Shown: positions 38,668 through 46,762 of the stretch, piece after piece | Position numbering within the stretch: the first letter of the stretch is position 1 | Layout of the letters: every line of letters begins with the position of its first letter | Origin: a virus | Length of the DNA: 64,000 nt | Strand: one strand, 5' to 3' | IMG/VR virus record: IMGVR_UViG_3300027503_000009 | Notes under the pieces: model-generated | What the model saw: only the letters and a program-made list of their open reading frames with translations | What the model was told of the DNA's origin: nothing | Databases searched by the model: none | Position numbers and translations under genes: made by a program

Positions 38668-39228
38668 TTAGAATGGTTGAATGATACCAAAAGGTAATTT
38701 AGGCATTTTTGGTATAGTAATTGTTAAACGTCTAGAATTAACCTTTGTGATATCAAAATTTTTCAATTCATCAGCTAATTGTTGTATTTCCTGCAATTGT
38801 TGTTGACTTACATTTTCTAAATTTTCTAATAGATTTAGTGTGTTATCAATTTCATTTGATATATTTTCTAAATCTTGATTTAAATTATCTACAGTTGATG
38901 TTGTAATATTACCTTGAGAATCAACAACACTCAATGATGTTGAGTTTTGTATATTTTCTGTTTGATTGACAATTGCACTTTGTGCTGTAGTTAAAATAGA
39001 TTGTATTTCTGAAGAAGTTAAATTTGATAAAGATGCAATTGTGTTATTTTTAATAGAAAATGCTTTAGAAATAGGTTTTAGTAAACTACCAACATCTGGA
39101 ACTGATATATAAGCAGCATATTTTTGAGCTTTTAGTGCTGCTTTTTGTAATTCCAAATTTATTTTAGCAATAAAAGGAACCTGATCTACGGTTGGTATTT
39201 TTGGTATTTTTGGTATTATAAACGCCAT
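38668..39228 (-). CDS. hypothetical protein between gp5 and gp25
   Basis: 186 aa ORF tightly packed in late operon; Pro/Lys repeats at both ends. Confidence 0.6.
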   Translation of the reverse strand: MAFIIPKIPKIPTVDQVPFIAKINLELQKAALKAQKYAAYISVPDVGSLLKPISKAFSIKNNTIASLSNLTSSEIQSILTTAQSAIVNQTENIQNSTSLSVVDSQGNITTSTVDNLNQDLENISNEIDNTLNLLENLENVSQQQLQEIQQLADELKNFDITKVNSRRLTITIPKMPKLPFGIIQPF

Positions 39229-39229
39229 A

Positions 39230-40504
39230 TTAAGTAACTATTCCGGATAATTTGATAATAGGTGCTTTTACTTGTACTAATGCTTTAGATGTTATATCAA
39301 TTAAAGCATCAGCAGATATATTCAAAAAAGATTTTGAAGCTAAATTTAATATACCGGAAGAATGTAAATCTACAACACCAGTACCAACAATTTCTAATTT
39401 AGCACTAGAATTTATCTTCATATCTGCTATAGATTGAATTGATAATGTTTGTGTCCCCGACAAAGAAACTTGAGGTGCCTGTATTGAAACAGCTTTAGTT
39501 GATGTTACATTAACATTTTCAACACCAACTATATTTACTTTTGAATTAGCAGTTAATGATAAATCACCATCCGATGCAGATACATCAATATTTTTTGCAA
39601 CAACACCAGCATATTGTGAATTAACCATAACTGGTCCAGTTTTTACTTGAGCTATTAATCCACCTTCACCATTAACTTCAACTTTCATATCTCCATTACA
39701 TACAAAACTACTATCACCTTGTACATATACAGCACAACTTCCTTGAATATATACTGTATCATTTTTTACAACAATTTCATGTTTGTCACCAACAATTTTT
39801 GTTACTTCAGAACCATCTGGGTGTATTTCTAAAAATGTACCTTTTCTATGATACATGTGAATTCTTTCATAACCAACACTTTCCACATCATTATCTTGAT
39901 TATTTTTTGGTGTATCATCTATTTCAAATAGATGACCAGATTCAGATTCAAATACTTTATTATATGGATATGAAGCATTATATGGTACTTCAGGTTCACT
40001 CCAAGTTTTTGTATCATCTAGTGCATATATTTTTTTATCTTTTAATCTAGCGTCTTTTTTATTCTGTACAACTGTATTTTCTATTTGTTCATTTCTAGCT
40101 AATCTATTTGTATCTTGTTCTTTTAGGAACGCATTTTTTGGATAATTACCTTGTGGATCATTAAATCCTTTAGTTTTATCTGCATCTAGCTGTGGAACAC
40201 CAGCAACAGTTCCCATAATAATAGGTTCTTGACAATTATCACCATCTCTAAAAAACCCAACAACCCACGTCCCTTCTACTGGTCCAATTGGTGTTTGTCC
40301 TATACCATTCATTGCTGCTGATGTTATAGGTTGCATTGGAAATGCCCAAGGCAAATCTTCAGTTTTAATTTGTGTTTTATCGTCTGTATGAATACCCAGA
40401 ACACGAACACGAACTCTCCCCAACTTCATAGGATCGTTTCTATCTTCAACGACACCCATGAACCAGAAGAAGCCATTCTTACCTAAGAAATAATTATCAA
40501 ACAT
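39230..40504 (-). CDS. gp5: baseplate hub central spike (OB fold + beta-helix, no lysozyme domain)
   Basis: WFMGVVEDRNDP..LGRVRVR, LPWA, YPYNKV.ESESGH..EIDDTP, beta-helix repeats. Confidence 0.92.
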   Translation of the reverse strand: MFDNYFLGKNGFFWFMGVVEDRNDPMKLGRVRVRVLGIHTDDKTQIKTEDLPWAFPMQPITSAAMNGIGQTPIGPVEGTWVVGFFRDGDNCQEPIIMGTVAGVPQLDADKTKGFNDPQGNYPKNAFLKEQDTNRLARNEQIENTVVQNKKDARLKDKKIYALDDTKTWSEPEVPYNASYPYNKVFESESGHLFEIDDTPKNNQDNDVESVGYERIHMYHRKGTFLEIHPDGSEVTKIVGDKHEIVVKNDTVYIQGSCAVYVQGDSSFVCNGDMKVEVNGEGGLIAQVKTGPVMVNSQYAGVVAKNIDVSASDGDLSLTANSKVNIVGVENVNVTSTKAVSIQAPQVSLSGTQTLSIQSIADMKINSSAKLEIVGTGVVDLHSSGILNLASKSFLNISADALIDITSKALVQVKAPIIKLSGIVT

Positions 40505-41780
40505 TGGTTGAATCCTTTACACATGTAGCATATGTTGTTAATTTTTCCGTAGTCAAAACATGTTCTAATGTTGTAATTAAATATTTTCCAGAATATTTTT
40601 TATTAATAGGAAATAATTCTCCACTATCTGTTGGTTTATCTAATGCAATAGCTAAATCAACAACATCACCACAAATTAGTTCACAATTTCCTGGAATAGT
40701 AATATTACATACTATATTTTGTAATTGAGCATGTAGTCCATATCTTTTTTGTAACCAAAGATTGGATTGATTGTCATAATATTCTAATTTTGGTGGATTT
40801 TTAAAATTATCTGATTTTGCCACGTCTCTATGAAAATATTTATACATAGAATCAAAATCTGAGTAACTTTTGGGGTTATTTATCTTTGTTTTTTCTAAAT
40901 GATTTGTTTTAGAAAAATATTCATCGTAATCATACTTAATAGTTTCTGTAGAATTAATAGCTTTTCCACCATATTGTTTCAATAAAATATTATGTTGTAA
41001 TAAATTACTTTTGTACATTCCACTTATTGTGTTATTTGAAATATCAATTTTTTTATTAAAATTTATTTCTTGAATAATGGAATTAGCTTGTTCTGGTTTT
41101 GTGATTAAAAATTTCTTTGAAACTGGTCCATAAACAAATGAAGTGACTGGTTTTTTAGATAATAAATCTGATAATGATCTGAAGCTAGTAGAAAAACTTG
41201 TCTCATAACAACAGAATGTTACAGATTCATCTTTATCAGAAATAGCATATGTTGACAACGTATTAATTAATTTGAATGGTGCTATATATGGAGAGATATA
41301 CAATAATGAATTTCTTGTTGGTTCAATGATTACATCAGTTATTTTTAAATAATCTTTTAATACATCTTGAACAATTAGTGAGATTTTTTTATTGAATGAT
41401 TTACTAATTTTTATTTTATTGTTTAATATTTCTTCTGAAGTTACTAAATCCAAAATATAACTTTTAGATTTATTAGATTCTTTTTTTATGTTTGTTATTT
41501 TATCAACAAAAAAAATTTTTCTAAAATATTTTTTATCGTTTTGTGCTTTAAATTTTACTTCAAGAACTTCTCCACCTTTAATTAAAAAATCTCCATCTGT
41601 AGATAATCTGTCGTCAGAATCAAGAATTTTCATTTTAGCTGTCATAGTATTTTCAAAAATACTTTGAGTAACTTTAAGTTCAGTCATTATACCACGAATA
41701 TCTACACTTTTACCTTCTGTTATTAGTTTGATTGTTTCTATTTCAAATTTAAAAGGTAAAGGAAAATTTGTAGCTTCCAT
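40497..41780 (-). CDS. baseplate hub protein (gp27/gpD-like)
   Basis: C-terminal IPGN..L.CGDVV...YSGKYLIT.LEH pattern; between gp53 and gp5. Confidence 0.65.
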   Translation of the reverse strand: MEATNFPLPFKFEIETIKLITEGKSVDIRGIMTELKVTQSIFENTMTAKMKILDSDDRLSTDGDFLIKGGEVLEVKFKAQNDKKYFRKIFFVDKITNIKKESNKSKSYILDLVTSEEILNNKIKISKSFNKKISLIVQDVLKDYLKITDVIIEPTRNSLLYISPYIAPFKLINTLSTYAISDKDESVTFCCYETSFSTSFRSLSDLLSKKPVTSFVYGPVSKKFLITKPEQANSIIQEINFNKKIDISNNTISGMYKSNLLQHNILLKQYGGKAINSTETIKYDYDEYFSKTNHLEKTKINNPKSYSDFDSMYKYFHRDVAKSDNFKNPPKLEYYDNQSNLWLQKRYGLHAQLQNIVCNITIPGNCELICGDVVDLAIALDKPTDSGELFPINKKYSGKYLITTLEHVLTTEKLTTYATCVKDSTNV

Positions 41781-41781
41781 T

Positions 41782-42549
41782 TTATATTCCCATTAGTAAC
41801 TTAAATTCTTGTTCTATTTGTGGTAAATAACGCTTATCAATAATTTTTATATTTCTTTTCTTTTCATTCTGCTCAATTTCATAATCTAAAAATGTTACAC
41901 CTGTTGCTGATGGAGCATCTTTTGTTGTTATATGACCATCTAAATTAACATAGTGGTGATTATATGAAGACAAAAATGTGTACCATTCGTAATTATTATT
42001 TACTTCAATATTAGTAATTTGTTGTAAACCACCATATTCCAACCATGTTCCTTCTGATAACACAACACCACCAGCGGGAATAACTTTAATTTTTTTAGTT
42101 GTATTATTAATCGAAAAAACATAGCAACTTGATAGTGGTGTAAATACATTAACATTATCTGTATTTTTAACATATCCAATATATGAATAAATTGGATCTT
42201 GTGATTCAGGTAATTCAAATGTCGAATTTGTATTCAAGGTTATTGTGTATGTCTTATACTTTTCTTTCAAATAACGATTAAACTTATCTTCATCCATTAC
42301 CCAATCATAATTATAGTCATTTATTTGATTGGCGAAAAATAACATCCAGAAATAATAAGGAGAACCATAATATTTTTCTGCAATAATTTCTGGTGTGTCA
42401 GAGTCTTTTACACTATATTCATAGTAAACAAATGAGTCATTTAAGAATAAATCACGCATCTTTATTCTTTTAATAACATCAATTACAATATCATAATCAA
42501 CACCATTGTGTGTATAAAATGTTACTGGAAAGTTATGAAAATATGGCAT
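41782..42549 (-). CDS. gp53: baseplate wedge component
   Basis: YFHNFP, DTPEIIAEKYYG...YFW...N.I, YEIEQNEKKRNIKII. Confidence 0.9.
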   Translation of the reverse strand: MPYFHNFPVTFYTHNGVDYDIVIDVIKRIKMRDLFLNDSFVYYEYSVKDSDTPEIIAEKYYGSPYYFWMLFFANQINDYNYDWVMDEDKFNRYLKEKYKTYTITLNTNSTFELPESQDPIYSYIGYVKNTDNVNVFTPLSSCYVFSINNTTKKIKVIPAGGVVLSEGTWLEYGGLQQITNIEVNNNYEWYTFLSSYNHHYVNLDGHITTKDAPSATGVTFLDYEIEQNEKKRNIKIIDKRYLPQIEQEFKLLMGI

Positions 42550-43790
42550 TAGAATCCTTCCAATATTCTCTGTTTAGTTATTAGTTCTAATTCTGTGAAT
42601 TCTAAAGATAAATCAATTATAACAGGTGCGCCAGGATCTGAGTCATCTTCAAATGCTACGAAAATATTACCATCGTTTCCTGTATAATTAACAGAAACTC
42701 CAGTACAAACACATGTTGAAATTTTATTTAAATAAGGATTTTCAACAAATTGTCCTGATGAAGTTTTCTTTGAATAATATTTAATATCAAATGTTCCCGG
42801 TACTCTAAAAAATACATTTAAGAAATCATTTGCTAATTCTGGTGCTGAGTTAAATTTAAACGCTCTTATTATACTTCTAGCTACCAGAGATTCTTCTTTT
42901 GTTGATGGCGCAAATTTAAAATTAAATCTAAATTTTCTAAAATCCATATTATCAAATATAATTTCCATAAATGGATTAATAGCCATACCAGCGCCAGCAG
43001 CACCAGCTTTACCATATCCACCTAAAGATTCTAATCCACCAGCACCAAGTCTTGATAATATACTACCTAATCCAAGATCGTTCATAGTTATACCACGAAA
43101 GAAATCTTGTCCGGTTTGATAATTAGAAATAACTTGACCTAATACGTCTTTACCGACTCTTCCAGCAGCAGTTGCTAATCCGGTCATTCCAGACATTGAA
43201 GTATTATTGTAGTTGATTCCAACACTTTCTGTGATATCATTTGGCATATACATAGCAACAGTCAAAGAAGTTCTTTCTTGATTAACTGATGTTAATGATG
43301 AATCAACTCTTCCCAAAAAGTTATCTGCAATATTACTTGCATTTACTTTTGATGTTGTTGTTGGAACACCAATAAATCCAGGAATAGGATTATTATAATT
43401 ATCTTCTACTAATTCCGCTCTTATTGAATCGGGTACTAAACCACTATTTGCTAATTTTACTATCAGGTCATTTATATTTTGATCACCAGATCTTTTAAGA
43501 TTTTCTATAAATGCTTTTTTATCAGCTTCAGAATTAGAAGCAATTGTTATTTTTTCACCAGTTGGATTTAATTTAAATTGTGTATTTTTATTTTGATTAA
43601 AGAAAAATACAATCATATGACTTGGTGTATCAACGCCTTCAACAAATTGTTGTGGATATTGTAATACTTGTCTTTTTTTAGAATCTATTTCTAAATCTTT
43701 TAATGGAGAATTTAATGTGATTTTATCACTTATTGAATAAGTCAACCCTTCAGATGTTGCTATAAATTTATTAAAGTCTATATTTGCCAT
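42549..43790 (-). CDS. gp48: baseplate tail-tube cap
   Basis: MYMP, NPFMEIIF....FRKFRFNFKFAP, VSVNY, LSLEFTELE. Confidence 0.85.
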   Translation of the reverse strand: MANIDFNKFIATSEGLTYSISDKITLNSPLKDLEIDSKKRQVLQYPQQFVEGVDTPSHMIVFFFNQNKNTQFKLNPTGEKITIASNSEADKKAFIENLKRSGDQNINDLIVKLANSGLVPDSIRAELVEDNYNNPIPGFIGVPTTTSKVNASNIADNFLGRVDSSLTSVNQERTSLTVAMYMPNDITESVGINYNNTSMSGMTGLATAAGRVGKDVLGQVISNYQTGQDFFRGITMNDLGLGSILSRLGAGGLESLGGYGKAGAAGAGMAINPFMEIIFDNMDFRKFRFNFKFAPSTKEESLVARSIIRAFKFNSAPELANDFLNVFFRVPGTFDIKYYSKKTSSGQFVENPYLNKISTCVCTGVSVNYTGNDGNIFVAFEDDSDPGAPVIIDLSLEFTELELITKQRILEGF

Positions 43791-43798
43791 ATAGATAG

Positions 43799-43806
43799 TA
43801 TTTATA
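43799..43806 (-). promoter_or_regulatory. T4-type late promoter TATAAATA
   Basis: Exact match 8 nt before gp48 ATG, overlapping first base of divergent gp4. Confidence 0.75.
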
Positions 43807-44240
43807 TGTATAAAACTTATAAAGGAAAATATATTCCAAAAAATCCAGAAAAATATGTTGGAGATATAACTAATATTGTTTATCGCTCATCTTGGGAACG
43901 TAAATTAATGAAGTTTCTTGATGAAAATCCAAATGTATTAAAATGGGCAAGTGAAGAAGCTGTAATTCCTTATGTATCTCCGGTTGATAACAAAATCCAT
44001 AGATACTTTACCGATGCTTATGCTAAAATAAAAACAAAAGATGGCATTAAAACATATTTAATTGAAGTAAAACCAAAACACCAAACTGTTCCCCCAAAAA
44101 AACCAAAACGAATATCTAAACATTATCAAGAAGCATTAAAGACATATGCTGTAAATGAAGCTAAATGGAACGCTGCAAAAAAAGTTTGTGAAGAAAGAGA
44201 CTGGAATTTTCTCATATTAACGGAAGATCACCTATTATAA
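43806..44240 (+). CDS. gp4: head completion protein (TnsA-like nuclease fold)
   Basis: PKNPEKYVGD, YRSSWE, WASEE, IEVKP, NEAKW.AA, ILTE. Confidence 0.93.
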   Translation: MYKTYKGKYIPKNPEKYVGDITNIVYRSSWERKLMKFLDENPNVLKWASEEAVIPYVSPVDNKIHRYFTDAYAKIKTKDGIKTYLIEVKPKHQTVPPKKPKRISKHYQEALKTYAVNEAKWNAAKKVCEERDWNFLILTEDHLL

Positions 44241-44243
44241 ATA
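44236..44243 (+). promoter_or_regulatory. T4-type late promoter TATAAATA
   Basis: Exact match overlapping gp4 stop, 10 nt before gp2 ATG. Confidence 0.78.
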
Positions 44244-44253
44244 GTTAATATAT

Positions 44254-44907
44254 ATGCCTGAAACTAAGGATAAATCTATTTTTGATCAGTTTAGAAGCTT
44301 AACGTCTAGGCAATTAATCCCTAAGACACAAAAAGCTATAGATTGGTATCAACAAACACTTAAAGGACTTGGTTCTCCTACAAGAGAAAGTCTTTTAACA
44401 GATACTAGTGCAGATAGAAGATTAAGAAAAAGTCCTGTTTATGGAAAAATGTTCATATTCTTTTATGATGCTAAAACAAAAGAAGACTTAAAATATTTTG
44501 ATAGATTTCCTATTGTAATACCAATTGAACCATATGAACATGAAAATGGAAGTAAAGGATTTATTGGTTTAAATTTGCACTATCTTCCACCATTACTTAG
44601 AATGAGATTTTTAGATAAGTTACATGAAATCAAAAATAATAATAAAAATAATAACACAACAAAATTTAAATTAACTTATGAATTACTTTCTGGTGCTTCT
44701 AAACTAAAAGAATTTAAACCTTGTTTAAAAATTTATCTAACAAATCCAAATCACATTAAAAGCAATATGTTGGAAATTAATTATCCAGATTGGGTAAGTG
44801 TTTCTTTATTACCAACAGAACTATTCGTTACTTATAAAAATAACGGTAGAGGAAGACGTTATTCAAAAGAAAAAGTTTGGGCAGATTCAAGGAGAAAAAT
44901 TAAGTAA
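44254..44907 (+). CDS. gp2: DNA end protector protein
   Basis: YDAKTK..L.YFDRFP, GLNLHYLP, KPC.K.YL, VWADSR. Confidence 0.92.
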   Translation: MPETKDKSIFDQFRSLTSRQLIPKTQKAIDWYQQTLKGLGSPTRESLLTDTSADRRLRKSPVYGKMFIFFYDAKTKEDLKYFDRFPIVIPIEPYEHENGSKGFIGLNLHYLPPLLRMRFLDKLHEIKNNNKNNNTTKFKLTYELLSGASKLKEFKPCLKIYLTNPNHIKSNMLEINYPDWVSVSLLPTELFVTYKNNGRGRRYSKEKVWADSRRKIK

Positions 44908-45839
44908 TGGCAAATTTATTTCAAGGTATAGCTGGTTTCTTAACTGGTAATAATAGTAGAGTTGGTGGATCGGATCAAGAACCTTCTAACAAAATTAAAA
45001 TTAGACCTTCAATAAATAATTTTCGTTCTAATTTACTTAATAAAAGTATTGCTAGAACAAATAGATTTGGTGTTACTATAGCATATGAAGGAATAAATGG
45101 TTCATCTTTAGAACAAATAGTTAAACAAGAATCTTATAATTTAGGTACAATTACTGAAAATATCACTCAAGCAATCAGTAGTCCTAGAAATGCTATAAAT
45201 TTTTTTCAAAACGCCTTAACAAATTCACTAGCAAGTCCAATGTCTAATAGTAAAGCAACCTTACTATTACATTTTTCATGTTATGCTGCTGCATTACCTG
45301 GACAATCTTTAGCAACATCTGATTTGAGAACTTATGGACCAAATTATAAAATGCCATATCAAACAAATTTTCAAGACTTAAATCTTGAATTTTATTGTAA
45401 TGGTGATATGGAACAAAAACATATATTTGATTATTGGATGAAGTTAATACATAATCCAACTCATTATAATTTTTCATATAAAAAAGATTATAAATGTAAA
45501 ATCTATATTACACAATTTAAAGAATCACCTAAACCATTACCATTTCCTGGTGGAGATATAGTTAATGGTTTAGTAAATGCTGGAATTAGCATTGGCTCTA
45601 GATTTGATTCAACAGGTTATGTTGATTATGCAAGAAATTATCTATATGAAGGAACACCAGATCCTTTTGCTGATGAAGCATATACAGCTACTTTTTATGA
45701 AGCGTATCCGTTATCAGTAGATCCATTATCAACTTCATGGGAAGATTCAAATGACTTACACAGATTAAAAGTATCATTTACTTATAAATATTTTACTTCA
45801 AATTATTATACTATGGAAAAACAATTAGCTAAAAGATAA
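44907..45839 (+). CDS. baseplate tail-tube initiator (gp54/gp19 fold)
   Basis: ARTNRF, LPG....T, FDYWM, EAYP.S...L.W, V.FTYKY tube-fold motifs. Confidence 0.7.
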   Translation: MANLFQGIAGFLTGNNSRVGGSDQEPSNKIKIRPSINNFRSNLLNKSIARTNRFGVTIAYEGINGSSLEQIVKQESYNLGTITENITQAISSPRNAINFFQNALTNSLASPMSNSKATLLLHFSCYAAALPGQSLATSDLRTYGPNYKMPYQTNFQDLNLEFYCNGDMEQKHIFDYWMKLIHNPTHYNFSYKKDYKCKIYITQFKESPKPLPFPGGDIVNGLVNAGISIGSRFDSTGYVDYARNYLYEGTPDPFADEAYTATFYEAYPLSVDPLSTSWEDSNDLHRLKVSFTYKYFTSNYYTMEKQLAKR

Positions 45840-45857
45840 AATTTAAAAAGGAATATT

Positions 45858-46571
45858 ATGGCTTTACCAAAAATTAAAACACCAATCTATGATGTGTATT
45901 TACCTTATACAAAAAAAGAAATTCAATTTAGACCTTTTCTTGTAAAAGAAGAAAAGATATTAGCTATGGCATTTGAAGGAGATGATCCTAAAGAAATGAC
46001 CAGAGCTATGAAACAAATTATCAATAATTGCTGCTTAACAGAAAATTTTGATGTTGATAAGTTACCTATTTTTGAATTAGAATTTTTGTTTTTAAAATTA
46101 AGATCAAAATCAGTTAACAATATTTCAGAACTTCAATTTCGTTGTAAGAATTTAGTTGAAGATAAAGAATGTAATACTATAATTAAATATACTTTAAATT
46201 TAGATGAAATTAATTTACCAAAAAAAGATATTTCGAATGAAATTAAACTTACAAAAGATTTAACAGTTGTTTTTAACTATCCTACAATTGATCTTGTAAA
46301 TTTATTTTCTTCTGATGAAGATAAGTCTGATTTGATTATTAACATGATTGTTTCTTGCATTGATTATTTCTATGACAATGAAACAACATACAGAGATTTC
46401 AAAAAAGAAGAAGCAAAAGAATTAATTCAATCATTAACATTAAATGATTTTAAGAAACTAGAACAATTTTTCCAGGACATTCCAACATTATCGCATGAAG
46501 ATGTTATTCAGTGTCCTAAGTGTAAATATGATCAAATAGTGAATTTCAATGGTCTAAAAGATTTTTTTTAA
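45858..46571 (+). CDS. gp26: baseplate hub assembly protein / tail assembly chaperone
   Basis: MALPKI..P.Y, FRPFLVKEEKIL, LRSKSV, CxxC, GLKDFF terminus. Confidence 0.9.
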   Translation: MALPKIKTPIYDVYLPYTKKEIQFRPFLVKEEKILAMAFEGDDPKEMTRAMKQIINNCCLTENFDVDKLPIFELEFLFLKLRSKSVNNISELQFRCKNLVEDKECNTIIKYTLNLDEINLPKKDISNEIKLTKDLTVVFNYPTIDLVNLFSSDEDKSDLIINMIVSCIDYFYDNETTYRDFKKEEAKELIQSLTLNDFKKLEQFFQDIPTLSHEDVIQCPKCKYDQIVNFNGLKDFF

Positions 46572-46762
46572 TATGTCTTTCCCATACTAATTTAGAACAT
46601 ATCATACATACAAATTTCAGTTTAATACAACATCATAAATATTCATTAACTGAAATTGAAGATATGATACCGTGGGAAAGAGACATTTATGTTGGTTTAT
46701 TAGAACAGTATATTCAGGAAGAAAACGAGAGATTAAAACAACAAAATGGCGGATCAAGATAA
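46568..46762 (+). CDS. gp51: gp51-like reading frame (no own start codon; probable -1 frameshift extension of gp26)
   Basis: Hand-translated LICLSHTNLEHIIHTNFSLIQHHKYSLTEIEDMIPWERDIYVGLLEQYIQEENERLKQQNGGSR; HHKYSLTEIE.MIPWERDIY is the small gp51 signature of T4-like phages. Confidence 0.82.
   Translation, partial: LICLSHTNLEHIIHTNFSLIQHHKYSLTEIEDMIPWERDIYVGLLEQYIQEENERLKQQNGGSR

Noticed and set aside
46573-46590. ATG right after gp26 stop as the gp51 start
   Set aside because: That frame reads MSFPY-stop; the gp51 homology is in a different frame
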